From the NCBI GenBank assembly GCA_951406725.2, contig OX597827.1:17794001-17858000 (forward strand): a DNA stretch of 64,000 bases, given 5' to 3'. Both the position numbers and the translations under genes were made by a program. Under the pieces are notes generated by a model. The model was not told the origin of the DNA and ran no database searches. It saw only the letters and a list, made by a program, of their open reading frames with translations. Positions 13,590 to 28,015 of the stretch are shown piece after piece (positions within the stretch are counted from its first letter, which is position 1; every line of letters begins with the position of its first letter). This stretch comes from Octopus vulgaris (taxonomy: Eukaryota).

Positions 13590-13797
13590 CTTTTTTTTTA
13601 CTTCTTTCAGTCAGTTGACTGCGGTCATGCAGGAGCAACACCCCAACGGGTTTTAGTCGAACAAATCGAACCCAGGACTTTTTAAAGGCTAGTACTTGGT
13701 CTATCGGTTGCTGAACCGCTAAGTTACGGGGGCCGTATAGCCTTCAACACCGGTTGTCAAGCGGAGATGCCAGGGGGACAATCACAGGCACAGACAC

Positions 13798-13842
<45 letters not shown>

Positions 13843-14075
13843 GTAGTAGTAGTAGTAGTAACAGAAAAGAGGAATTTCGATTATCCCCACGTGGTGAGTT
13901 GTAATGTATATAAGAAATTAAAAATGGAAAATGCGCACACTTACATGGCTTTAATATAATTTTTGATATATCTTCTTGCTGAGGGCGAGGTGCGTTTGCC
14001 CGTCTCCTCAGCAAGAAGATATATTAAAAATTATATTAAAACTATGTAAGTGTGCGTATTTTCCTTTTTTAATTT

Positions 14076-14136
<61 letters not shown>

Positions 14137-14305
14137 TGTATGTATACGACGGGCTTCTTTCAGTTTCCGTCTACCCAATCCACTAACAAGGCTTTGGTAG
14201 GCCCGAGGCTACAGTAGAACACACTTCCCCAAGGTGCCACGCAGTGGAACTGAACCCGGGGCCATGTAATTGGGAAGCAAGCTACTTACCACTCAGCCAC
14301 GCCTG
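13590..14305 (-). mobile_element. SINE family A copy interrupted at its microsatellite by a hairpin insertion
   Basis: 3' half at 13590-13800 and 5' half at 14145-14305. Confidence 0.8.
13907..14084. repeat. Fold-back hairpin (~78-bp arms, ~21-nt loop) within (TA)n
   Basis: AAGAAATTAAAAA...CTTCTTGCTGAGG (to 13984) is the reverse complement of CCTCAGCAAGAAG...TTTTTAATTTCTT (from 14006). Confidence 0.9.
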
Positions 14306-14798
14306 TTTTTTTTTTTTTTTTTTTTTTAGTCGTTTAATCAGAGGTCGAAGAGAAACATGATCTGTTTTACAAAGTCTCCGATTCAAGTAGTTGGAAAGAT
14401 CGGGAGTAGCAAGCTACCTAATAGTAGCAGAGTGGACTCCACTAAAGAGAGCAAAGAACAACCAAGGTTCAGGTGATAGAATTAAATCAGGCAAAAGATT
14501 CACCAGAGAAGGATTAAGTCGACCAAATAGCATATGAGATTTTATGCACTTTACTCGCAAGACGCATTGCGACAACAGCAAATATAACAATGCCCAACAC
14601 GGGAACATAACGCGAAAAATATCTAAACATCTTCATGTGTAACTTGAATGGCCAAACAAAATCGCGTGTATCGAACTTAATTCAACGTTATACATTGGGG
14701 GGTTGGGACGATTGTGTGTTATAGAACACAGTGCAATAATCCTAAGGTAGGGATATTTCAAATCCGCAAACTTCTATAAGCCATGACAGACTAATACC

Positions 14799-15195
14799 TA
14801 TTTCTTTACTACCCACAAGGGGCTAAACACAGAGAGGGCAAACAAGGACAGACAAACGGATTAAGTCGATTATATCGACCCCAGTGCGTAACTGGTACTT
14901 ATTCAATCGACCCCGAAAGGATGAAAGGCGAAGTTGACTTCGGCGGAATTTGAACTCAGATCGTAGCGACAGATGAAATACCTATTTCTTTATTACCCAC
15001 AAGGGGCTAAACACAGAGGGGACAAACAAGGACAGAAAAACGGATTAAGTCGATTATATCGACCCCAGTGCGTAACTGGTACTTATGAAAGGCAAAGTCG
15101 ACCTCGGCGGAATTTGAACTCAGAACGTAGCGGCAGACGAAATACCGCTGAGCATTTCGCCCGGCGTGCTGACGTTTCTGCCAGCTCGCCGCCTA
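14799..15195 (-). mobile_element. SINE family B dimer with 16-bp TSD
   Basis: ATGACAGACTAATACC at both 14783-14798 and 15196-15211. Confidence 0.9.
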
Positions 15196-15294
15196 ATGAC
15201 AGACTAATACCGTTAGACACCTCGTATCACCTATAAAATCATACATTCCGTACATAAACAACTCAGGTTTTGATGCTGCTTTTAACTCTGATGG

Positions 15295-15540
15295 TGGAGG
15301 CGCGTGGCTTAGTGGTTAGGGTGTCAGCATCGTGATCGTAAGATCTTGGACCGGGCGACGCGTTGTGTTCTTGAGCAAAACACTTCATTTCACGTTACTC
15401 CAGTTCACTCAGCTGGCAAAAATGAGTAACGGTGCGATGGACTGGCGTCCCGTCTAGCTGTGGGTAACATATACGCCATAGAAACCGGGAAACCGGGGCC
15501 ATGAGCCTGGCTAGGCTTTAAAAGGGCGCATTTATTTTAT
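15295..15540 (+). mobile_element. SINE family D head with V-domain-like tail Y
   Basis: Same element as 41781-42040; contains TGCGATGGACTGGCGTCCCGTC. Confidence 0.8.
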
Positions 15541-16304
15541 TTATTTTTAACACTGACAACGAGGATGATGGCTCTGATCGTCTGTTGCTGCTAGTGTTAC
15601 TGCAGATGATGATGATGATGATGATGATGATGAGGAGGAGGAGGAGGAGGAGGAAGAGGAGAAAGAGGGGGAGGAGGAGGAGGGGAGAAAGATAGTGGTG
15701 GTGGTGGTGGTGGTGGTGGTGGTGGTGATGTACGTGGTGGTGCTGGTCGTCGGCATCGTAGACGTGGTGATGATGACGGTGGTGGTGGTGGTGGTGGTGG
15801 TGGTGATGGTGGTGATGATGATGATGGTGGTTGTGGTGGTCGTGGTGGTAGTCGTCGTCGTGGTCGTGGTGGTGATACCGTTGATATCTGGTTTTAGTTG
15901 ACACAATAGCAAATTTTGCAGTGGGGAAATCGGAGGTGGGTGGAGAGCGCAGAGTGGAGCGAGGACCATTACAATAGATGGTATCGATCTTCTGGAGTTT
16001 GATTGGTGTATTCTGTGTTGACCTTGGCGGACTTTGAACTTTCAAAAGTGAAACATTGAAATTTACAGACCGTGACGAAGTTAGTCATGTGGTGACTTTC
16101 ATCTCTACATAACGTATATGTATGTGTGTGCGCATGAGCGTGCGTGCATGTGTGTGTGTCTGTGTGTGTATGTGTTGTATGTGTATGTGTGTGGTTGTCT
16201 TTGTTCGAATGTGTGACGCGCACTCACAAACATTCATACATACAAATACACATACATACATTCATATATATGCTATACATGTCTGTGTGTGGATGTGTGT
16301 GGAT

Positions 16305-16392
<88 letters not shown>

Positions 16393-16427
16393 GATGGATG
16401 GATGGATGGATGGATGGATGGATAGAC

Positions 16428-17707
<1,280 letters not shown>

Positions 17708-18034
17708 TAGCTGTATGTAAATATATGTGCATACATTCATAAATATTATATGATCTTAACTTCTTAACATCTTTAGTTGTTTGGTTTCTTTTAGACAGCA
17801 CGGCCAAGGCCATCATGGAGCACTATTTTGTATATAGATATATATAGACACACAAACATGCACACACAAACACACACAAACACACACAAACACATATGTG
17901 TGTGTATTTGTGTGTGCAGTTGTGTTTACAAATATATATACATATCCACATGGGTATTATACGTGCATATATATATGTGCATATGTATATGTGTGTGTGT
18001 GTGTTCATATACATACTCATGTGGATATGTGTGT

Positions 18035-18065
<31 letters not shown>

Positions 18066-18080
18066 CATATATAAATAGAT

Positions 18081-18123
<43 letters not shown>

Positions 18124-18541
18124 CAGAGAGCGAGAGAGAGAGAGAGACAGACACATATATATCTATAAACATGTTATCATACATACATAAATGGGAATCG
18201 TCTGTATGTGTGTTCGACTTCTATTCAGAGATTACAAAATGTCCGCATACACTCAAACACGCACACACACACTACCCAGAACTATAGCCAAAATTATTCG
18301 CCATCTCACAGTGGAGTTATGCATAAAATTTATCTTAAAACATTAATCAACAATGCGTATAAATGCAATGTTTTAACTGTAAAATGTAGACATTTTGTCG
18401 AACAAATATTTCTCTTCCATATAATGGCAGTAAAGAAGAAGAATACAGAAACTTAGGAATTTGAACATAGTTTCTAAACCTGCTTGAACTAACCATCGTA
18501 TCTAACTCATATCACTTTGTATTGTTTAATATATATCTAAT

Positions 18542-18772
18542 AGGCGGCGAGCTGGCAGAAACGTTAGCACGCCAGGCGAAATGCGTAGCCGTATTTCGTC
18601 TGCCGTTACGTTCTGAGTTCAAATTCCGCCGAGGTCGACTTTGCCTTTCATCCTTTCGGGGTCGATAAATTAAGTACCAGTTACGCACTGGGGTCAATAT
18701 AATCGACTTAATCCGTTTGTCTGTCTTTGTTTGTCCCCTCTGTGTTTAGCCCCTTGTGGGTAATAAAGAAAT
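18542..18772 (+). mobile_element. Full-length SINE family B monomer
   Basis: Head AGGCGGCGAGCTGGCAGAAACG, B-box GAGTTCAAATTCC, central domain, tail GCCCCTTGTGGGTAATAAAGAAAT. Confidence 0.9.
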
Positions 18773-18807
18773 ATATATAATATATCTATCACCTGAGATG
18801 TATATAC

Positions 18808-18960
18808 GTGTAAGTAGCTTGCTTACGAACGACATGGTTCCGGGTTCAGTCCCAGTGCGTGGCACCATGGGCAAGTGTCTTCTACTATAGCCTCGGGTCG
18901 ACCGAAAGCCTTGTGAGTGGATTTGGTAGACGGAAACTGAAAGAAGCCCGTCGTATATAT
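18808..18960 (+). mobile_element. SINE family A 5' half
   Basis: Matches family A head and CORE-like region. Confidence 0.8.
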
Positions 18961-19424
18961 ACTTAGTTGGATGCAAATCTGGCGGTGATGGCGGTGACTG
19001 CTTACGGAAACATCATTGTTTAGAACGAAATGAAAAGACGACTCTGCCAAGTTAGTGAAGATTATCTTTAAGAACCAGAAGGCTTGGTTGCACTTTGGAA
19101 AATGAGAAAGCCTGAGGACATGTAATACACACCGGTAACCTTTGCATACTCAAGTAGTCTCGGAATTGTTGCAGGTGAACGGTATTCAAATTTTGAGAGG
19201 AGGAGTGATTCCTGCGGCGGTGCAGACGTTGTCTTTCGCCCGGAAAGTTAACAAAGTGTTTATTTATGCGTGTTTGTGTGCTTGTGTTTATAAAACCGTG
19301 CGCGAGTGTATCAATGTATGTGTGTGTATGTGACTGTATGTGTGTGTCTGTCTGTGTGTTGTAATGAACTTTAAATAAATCTAAATTAGTAGCTGCTACT
19401 AATTTACACACACACAGGGAAAAG

Positions 19425-19805
19425 GAAGCACTCCGTCGGTTACGACGACAAGGGTTCCCGTTGATCCGAATCAACGGAACAGCCTGCTCGTGAAATTAAC
19501 GTGTAAGTGGCTGAGCACTCCACAGACACGTGCACCCTTAACGTAGTTCTCGGGGATATTCGGCGTGACACAGAGAGTGACAAGGCTGGCCCTTTGAAAT
19601 ACAGGTACAACAGAAACAGGAAGTAAGAGTGAGAGAAAGTTGTGGTGAAAGAGTACAGCAGGGATCACCACCATCCCCTTCCGGAGCCTCGTGGAGCTTT
19701 AGGTGTTTTCGCTCAATAAACACTCACAACGCCCGGTCTGGAAATCGAAACCGCGATCCTATGACCGCGAGTCCGCTGCCCTAACCACTGGGCCATTGCG
19801 CCTCC
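19425..19805 (-). mobile_element. SINE family C head with tail X
   Basis: Head as at 12256; tail as at 11738. Confidence 0.85.
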
Positions 19806-19910
19806 ACACACACACACACACACACACATGCACGTATATGTTTGTGTGTAAACTGAATACCCTCACTCTTTAATTATATATTCAGAAGTTATATTTTACT
19901 GTTCACATAG

Positions 19911-20200
19911 TGGAGGCACATGACCTAGTGGTTAGAGTGCGGACTCGCGGTCGAGGTATCTCGGGTTCGAATCTCAGACCGGACGATGTGTGTGTTTATG
20001 AGCGAAACACCTAAGCCCCACGCGGCTCCGGCGGAAGGTAATGGCGAACTTCTGCTGACTCTTTTGCCACAACTTTCTCTCACTCTTTCCTCCTGCATCT
20101 TGCAGCTCACCTGCGACGGACCGGCGTCTCGTCCAGGTGGGGAACCTATACACCGGGAAACCGACCCTTATGAGCCAGACATGGCTCGAGAAGGAATAAA
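19911..20200 (+). mobile_element. SINE family C-like head with V-like tail
   Basis: tRNA-like head; TGCGACGGACCGGCGTCTCGTCCAGG segment resembles tail Y. Confidence 0.75.
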
Positions 20201-20252
20201 CAGCAAAAAAACTGTTCACATATACACATATACGTATGTAGTAGTATGTGTA

Positions 20253-20624
20253 TCTCTCTCTATATAAACGGCAGTTTGTCTGTGTGTGTTTCTGTGTGTC
20301 TGTTTGGTTGTACCCTCACCCTGACCACGGCTTTCAACCGATTCTGATGAAACTTGACACACACATAGCCCAATGTCATAATTCAAAACTAACGCAGCGA
20401 AAATTTTGAAAAGTTCCCCCAGTTCTGAAAAAAATCGATAAATTCGACATGGGGTCGAGAATCAGAAACACAAACCACAGACAGTCTAGGGGACGCAACT
20501 CGACCTTTTTTAACTAAAAAAAAATTTACCATCATTTTTTTTCCATTTTTTGGCTATAACTCTCTAAAAATGCTTTATAGTTATTTCCCTTACAAACCTG
20601 AGCAACGCCGGGCGATACTGCTAG
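20253..20624 (+). mobile_element. Non-autonomous Helitron (second family)
   Basis: A|TC start; 3' hairpin CCTGAGCAACGCCGGG then CTAG|T. 3' ~100 bp shared with 2233-2626. Confidence 0.85.
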
Positions 20625-20936
20625 TAGGTTTATATTTATGTCTGTACATACAAACACCCACCCACACACACACATATATTGACATAATAGAAACCAAGTG
20701 TCACACGTCATTCTCCTTTTTCTTTCTTCTCACTCTCCCCCATCCTCCCTCTCCGTTACTATATTCCTGATCTTTCACCGACACATTGCTCCTTGTCGTA
20801 AATAATAAATGAATTTGTGCTGCTACTCTTTTTCAACCTGCTGCATATGTTTTTGTTTTTGTTTGTTTTTTGTTTTTTTTATTATTATTTTCCAGGCATG
20901 GATTGACCCCTTGTTATATAGATTATCCACATATAG

Positions 20937-21342
20937 TCGCAGGAGTGGCTGTGTGGTAAGTAGCTTGCTAACCAACCACATGGTTCCGGGTTCAGTCCCA
21001 CTGCGTGGCACCTTGGGCAAGTGTCTTCTACTATAGCCTCGGGCCGACCAAAGCCTTGTGAGTGGATTTGGTAGACGGAAACTGAAAGAAGCCCGTAGTA
21101 TATATGTATGTATATATGTGTGTGCGTGTATGTTTGTGTGTCTGTGTTTGTCCCCCTAGCATTGCTTGACAACCGATGCTGGTGTGTTTATGTCCCCGTA
21201 ACTTAGCGGTTCGGCAAAAAGAGACCGATAGAATAAGTACTGGGCTTACAAAGAATAAGTCCCGGGGTCGAGTTGCTCGATTAAAGGCGGTGCTCCAGCA
21301 TGGCTGCAGTCAAGTGACTGAAACAAGTAAAAGAGTAAAGAG
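20937..21342 (+). mobile_element. SINE family A, full length
   Basis: GCAGGAGTGGCTGTGTGGTAAG head through GACTGAAACAAGTAAAAGAG tail. Confidence 0.9.
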
Positions 21343-21589
21343 TATATATAAAATATCAATATTTATCATAGGTCCGTCATTTCTGTGGCTTGTTTCATGA
21401 TCACATTGTTCCAGGTTTATTATCGTTGCTTGACGCCTTCCCATTAAATAACATCTGTTCCAAATAGAGGGGAATATTCATACAGAGAATATCTTCTCGT
21501 GGAGGGACGCAGATTTCTTTTAGTGGGTCACAGTTATCTCTTCTTAATAACCGCACTGGGTATTAAATATTATTTTTCTCTTTTTTTTT

Positions 21590-21980
21590 CTCTTTTAATT
21601 GTTTCAGTCATTTGACTGCGGCCATGCTGGAGTACCACCTTTAGTCGAGCAAATCGACCCCGGGACTTATTCTTTGTAAGCCCAGTACTTATTCTATCGG
21701 TCTCTTTTTGCCGAACCGCTAAGTGACGGGGACGTATACACACCAGCATCGGTTGTCAAGCGATGCTGCAGGGAGAAAAACACACACACACACACACAAA
21801 CACACATATATATACATATATACGACAGGCCTCTTTCAGTTTCCGTCTACCAAATCCACTCACAAGGCATTGGTCGGTCCGAGGCTATAGCAGAAGACAC
21901 TTGCCCAAGATGCCACGCAGTGGGACTGAACCCGGAACCATGTGGTTGGTAAGCAAGCTACTTACCACACAGCCACTCCT
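21590..21980 (-). mobile_element. SINE family A, full length (inverted relative to 20937-21342)
   Basis: Reverse-complement match. Confidence 0.9.
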
Positions 21981-22499
21981 ATATCAGCTATTTAGCATAA
22001 AATGTCTGACGATAAATATTTTATAAGTTTAAAGGCCTCTTGTTTCCTAGATTTCAATTTTGTGTCCCACTCTCCTATATATCAATGAACTGCTTGCAGC
22101 AACATCCAACAATCTTACGCATATGGCAAGGACCTTCATTTCTCCCTAACTTTCCCTAGCTATGCATCACTCAGAGAACTCTTAATCTCGAACTATATGA
22201 AAGCTACTTATAAGATATCCATCATAGCACATAAACATTTTTTCTACAATAATCACAGAGCCTTGATTTCTTTCTTTTGTCGTGACGTGAGCGGCAATTC
22301 GATTACGTTGGACCCCAGTACTTGGCCGGCACTTTATTTTATTGACTCCGGAAAGATGGAAGGCAAAGTCGAATTCGCTAGTATTTAAATTCAGTTCGAA
22401 ATGAACCGGAAGAAACATCGCTAAGCATTTTTGCCGCTGTTCTAATATCTCTGCCAGCTCACCGCCTTTACACATGAAGCATTAATATCAAATGAGGCA

Positions 22500-22815
22500 A
22501 GCTTTCCCATACCGAAGCACCAATGCATACCTGGTCAATTAATCATGCTATGCTGAAGCGAGAGTATATGAAGCAGTAGCTCTCTCTGCCCAACCACACT
22601 GAGAGCGTGAATACTACAACAGGAATGGCAGAATAAATTCAAACAATGCTCCTTTAAATGCAATTCATCCGTCAAACATGATGAAAAGTACACATATTTG
22701 TCAAAATATATCTGGTACATAAAAGAGTAAAACACTATATTCCAAATTAAATGGAAGGGCTTAGAACAAACTAGGTCTTATAATAATTGTACGAGAGAGG
22801 CAATTTGTACCTAGA
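22500..22815 (+). pseudogene. Degenerate Penelope-like GIY-YIG endonuclease fragment
   Basis: Frameshifted translation VYEAV..YY.GMAE.KFKQ..SSVKH..TYLSKYIWYIKE..FQIKWK..YNN..C resembles the PLE endonuclease C-terminus. Confidence 0.55.
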
Positions 22816-22834
22816 CACAAAGCGTCTAGGTACA

Positions 22835-23150
22835 AGCGGTGGTTAGATTATTCGCCTCGCGATCATAAGGTTGTGAGTTCGATTCCCGGCGGTGCGATGT
22901 GTCCTTGAGCAAGATACTTTATTTCATGTTGCTCCGCTCCGCTCCACTCAACCGGCAAAAATGAGCTGCACATGTAACTTAAAGGGCCAGTTTTATCACA
23001 TTTTGTGTCATACTTCGTCTCCTTGAGAACGACGTTAAGGGTACGCGTGTCCTTGAAGTACTCAACCACTTGCACGTTAATTTCACGAGGAAGCTGTTTT
23101 GTTTATCAGATCAACTGGAACCCTCTTTCTTCGCAAACAGCGGAGTGTCA
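22835..23150 (+). mobile_element. SINE family D with tail X (diverged)
   Basis: Matches the reverse complement of 11738-12065. Confidence 0.75.
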
Positions 23151-23475
23151 GAGAGAGAGAGAGAGAGTGACAGAGAGAGAGAGAAAGCGCCCCATACTAT
23201 AAAATAAAATGTATTCCATGAGATACCAAATATGGTCCAAGTACTTTCCTGAATGCTGTTAAATCCTGGAAATTTACATCGCCACCGGATTAGGCACTTA
23301 AACTTTAAACAGAAGTTGCTCTGTATTAGTTGGCACCTCAAAATACTTTTATACTCGAGAAATTTACGATCACCAAGAGATTAAACATCGGACACCTCGC
23401 CTTTATTAATTTATTGCAATAAGAGAATTAAATCCCAAAATCCGAACACATAACAAATGGATAGAAAATTAATTA

Positions 23476-23529
<54 letters not shown>

Positions 23530-23734
23530 GGCCTGTCTGTGCGCGTGTCCTTTTAAGTAAGATATATTATAGATATTTGGATCTCGCTTGGTGTGCACAT
23601 ATCAAATCTCATCTACACATTCAGTGAAGATGAAATATATTGTGAACGGCGTTAGCTGAGACAAATGCAGATGTACATATGGACACACGGACACTCAGAC
23701 GCACACATACACATGTATACATACACATATACAT

Positions 23735-24034
<300 letters not shown>

Positions 24035-24399
24035 CATACGATGCATACACAAACACATACAAAAATACTTTCATGCGGTACCTTATATTTACATGCGTGT
24101 GATAAATGGCCGAGATATGTAGCTGTCAAAATGCGAGTGTACCAAGACTTAAGTAGTTAACAGATAATGGTAGAGTTTATTAATTACATATCTAGTGTGC
24201 TGTCAGGTTAAGGAACGAGTCTTTTATTAGCGTGCAGTATTGTGTATAACTACAAGTCTCTCGGTTATAGCTTCGATGTAACCTTCATTTTGATATAATG
24301 CAGACAAAATTCCATCACACCCATTAGTTATACATCTACGGAAACACATTTATGTATACATGTGTACATAGGTATTTATATCTATATGTATGTGCGTGA

Positions 24400-24461
<62 letters not shown>

Positions 24462-24924
24462 ATGTATGTGCATTTCAGTTATCTGTATCAATTTATGTAA
24501 AGTGTAAAATGCACGGTTTGGCTTTCTAGGCATGCTTTTCTTTATTCAACTCGACATCAAACAGTTCGTTCATTATTTCAGCTGAAATATTTAGCGATTG
24601 CTTGCGGCTGGGGCAAATAGAAAGAGTGAGAAAAAGAAAGAAATATATAAGGAAAGGAAGAAAGAAATACATAAAGAAATAAAGGAGGCAGAGAGATAGA
24701 AAGATTGACAGACAGACACAGACAGAAAAATAAAGAGACAGACTGTGAAGAGAGGAGATGATGGAAGATGAAAGCGAAGCCACTATTATCTTGAAAGATA
24801 ATTGAAGAATATAAAAAGGAGATGAACCATACAACGAGTGTGCTGAGAGATGGGAAGAAAAAAAACAAAGAAAAAAAGGGGAAAAAACAGAGACAATGAT
24901 ATAGCAGCCAGGTTTGAGAACGAG

Positions 24925-25213
24925 AGAGAAAGAAAGAAGGAAGGAAAGAAAGAAGGAAGGCAAGAAAGACAGAAAGAAAGAAAGAAAGAAGGAAGGAAGG
25001 AAGATAGAAGGAAAGAAAGAAGGAAGGAAGGAAAGAAAGAAAGACAGAAAGAAAGACAGAGGAAGGAAGGAAGGAAGGAAGGAAGGAAGGAAGGAAGGAA
25101 GAAAGAAAGCAGGAAAGAAAGAAAGAAGGAAGGAAAGAAAGAAAGAAGGAAGGAAAGAAAGGAAGAAAAACAGAGAGGAAGAAAGAAGAAAGAAGGAAAG
25201 AAAGAAGGAAGGA

Positions 25214-25257
<44 letters not shown>

Positions 25258-25420
25258 AGGAAAGAAAGGAAGGAAGAAACAAAGAAAGAAACAAACAAAG
25301 AAACAAAGAAACAAAGAAACAAAGAAACAAAGAAACAAAGAAAGAAAGAAAGAAAGAAAGAAAGAGAGAAAGAAGGAAAGAAAGAAAGAAAGAAGGAAAG
25401 AAAGAAAGTAAGAAAGAAAC
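24925..25420. repeat. Polypurine (GAAA/GGAA)n low-complexity tract
   Basis: Direct observation. Confidence 0.95.
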
Positions 25421-25911
25421 TAAATCTGGAGAAATTTATCACAACAGCTGAAGACTTCTGAGAGAACAGAAGGATATGTTACTCAATAGCACGAAACCTT
25501 TTGGATGGGATCTGCATTGGATATTTTATATCTCGAAAGCCACATGCCATGAATGGATCATGCATGTTCAGCAGAATTACTATCGAATTATTTGCTATGA
25601 ATGTGGCATTCTAATATCAAAAATCACCATTGTGATATTTAGCTACGGGGCGATTTAATTATCACGCATATTGCTTTGTCTCCGTCATTATCGTCCATTT
25701 AATTAAAGCGACGAGCTGGCAGAATCGTTAGCGCGCTAGACGATAATACTTAGCCGTATTTCGCCCTTTGCTATGTTCTGAGTTCAAATTCCGCAGAGGT
25801 CGACTTTTTCTTTGTACCAGTTGAACTCTGAGATCGATGTAATCGACTATTCCCCCCGCCCCACGCACCAAAACAATTACTACTTTTGAGGCAAAATTTG
25901 AAATCATTATT

Positions 25912-26440
25912 ATTGTTTTTTCCCTCTTTCTTCAAATTTTCTTCCGTTTCTCGCCGGGTGTTTTCCATACACCTAGGGCAGAGAAGCTCATTGTATGCAT
26001 TCCCAGATTACACGCGCAAATTCACAGATAAAATATGTATTTAAAATTAATAAATAAATAAATAAATTGTTGTTTTCACAGCGATAATGCTCTTCTCAGT
26101 ACATGAGCCGTTCCAGTTAACACGATTTTTTGAACTTCCTGTAGGGATGGTAAGCCTGGAATCATTTTCAAATAGGTTTCAGTACCTTTTTTTATCATTC
26201 TTAGAGATCCTACAATCACTGGTACTGTAGTCGCCTTGAGATGCCACATTTTTTCAATTTCTATTAGCAAGTCTTTATATATACTAATCTTCTCAAATTC
26301 TTTCGCCGCTATATTGTGATCGCAAGGAATACTCATGTCAATTAATAAACACATCTTTTTTGTTTGATCTTTTAGAATAATATCTGGTTTATTAGCTTTT
26401 ATAGTTTTGTCGGCTTGTACGGGGAAGTCCCATAGAATTA
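25912..26440 (-). mobile_element. 5'-truncated R4/Dong-type non-LTR retrotransposon with restriction-like endonuclease
   Basis: ILWDFPVQADKTIKANKPDIIL...LIDMSIP...EKISIYKDL...MW PD-(D/E)xK-type domain, followed by a 3' UTR; flanked by (AAT)n. Confidence 0.85.
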
Positions 26441-26487
<47 letters not shown>

Positions 26488-26948
26488 GAGTGAGAGAGCA
26501 GTTCATGCCATCAAAGTGACACTGGGGTAAACTATACGAAGCCCAATATACCCATCATGACTACCCGTCTGATAAAGGTACACCAGACACATGCATCACA
26601 ACCATATGTGCGCGACATGGTGATCTCATATCAAGATAAACAGCACATGACCTTGCAGGTGGGGCCCAGTTAGAATTTTCTTCAGGTTCAGTAGCCCATC
26701 CCGCTCAAACGGTCCCTGAATAAGGGTTGTTTAAGGATGTTGAAAGAACCACCCATGTTTCCAGAGGTGAATTATTCAAACCCCAAAGAATCCCTCTCAA
26801 CACATGGCTATGATGCTCCCCCACTACTTCTGCTCGTGATCAGAGATGCACATATCGTCAGCCACTAAAGGACATGCTCAACTGGTTAAGGTCAAACAAC
26901 TGACAAGCAAATTTGTGGTATTGAGCAGAATATTTGCTGTAGCCCATC

Positions 26949-26952
<4 letters not shown>
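26488..26952 (-). mobile_element. ~460-bp non-coding interspersed element with (AAT)n flanks
   Basis: Partial copies at 37100-37290 (opposite strand) and 37612-37716. No tRNA box or ORF seen. Confidence 0.75.
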
Positions 26953-27027
<75 letters not shown>

Positions 27028-27037
27028 TTTGATTAAT

Positions 27038-28015
27038 GTGGTGAGTTGGCAGAATCGTTAACACGTTGGACAAAATGTTTAGCGGTATTTCGCCCGTTTC
27101 TATGTTCTGAGTTCAAATTCTTCCGAGGTTGACTTTGCCTTTCTTCCTTTCGGGATCGATAAATTAAGTACCAGTTGCTTCCTGGGGTTGATCTAATCGA
27201 CTGGCTTCCTCCCACAAGATTTCGGGCCTTGAGCCTAGAGTAGAAAAAAATACATTTAAGGTGGCGACCAAGCAAAAACGTTAGCACGCCGGGCGAAATG
27301 CTTAGCGGTATTTCGTCTGTCTTTACGTTCCAAGTTCAAATTCCGCCGAGATCGACTTTGCCTTTCATCCTTTTGGGGTCGATTAAATAAGTACCAGTTA
27401 CGCACTGGGGTCGATATAATCGACTTAATTTGTTTGTCCCCTCTGTGTTTAGCCCCTTGTGGGTAGTAAAGAAATAGGTATTTCGTCAGTCTTTTTTATG
27501 TTCTGAGTTCAAATTTCGCCGAGGTCGACTTTTCCTTTCATCCTTTCGGGGTCGATCTAATCGACTGGCCCCTCCCCCAAAATTTCAGGCCTTGTGCCTA
27601 GAGCAGAAAAGAATCGTTAGCACGCTGGACCAAGTGCTTAGCGGTATTTCGCCCGTTGCTGTTCTGAGTTCAAATTCAGTCGAAGTCAACTTTGCCTTTC
27701 TTCCTTTCGGGATCGATAAACTAAATACTAGTAAAACACTGGGCCAATGTAATCGATTAGTCCCCACCTCGCAAATTTGAAGCCTTGTACATTAGTAGAA
27801 AGGACTATAATTCATTTGATTAACACCTCGGACAAAATGCATGGTGATATTTCGTCCGTCTTTGCGTGTCTGAGTTCAAAATCCGTCGAGGACGACTTTG
27901 CCTTTCATTCTTTCGGGGTCAATAAAATAGGTACCAGTCAAGTAGTGGGGTCGACGTTATCGACTTACCCTTTCAATCGGAAACTGCTGGCTTTGTACCA
28001 AAATTTGAAACCATC
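27038..28015 (+). mobile_element. Tandem array of about five to six SINE family B units
   Basis: Repeated TTCTGAGTTCAAAT..CCGAGGTCGACTTTGCCTTTC modules. Confidence 0.85.

Noticed and set aside
22060-22140. LLYINELL..-like LINE RT trace; also an RTE-like EWTP..RW trace at ~14430-14490
   Set aside because: Too short and degenerate to call with confidence.
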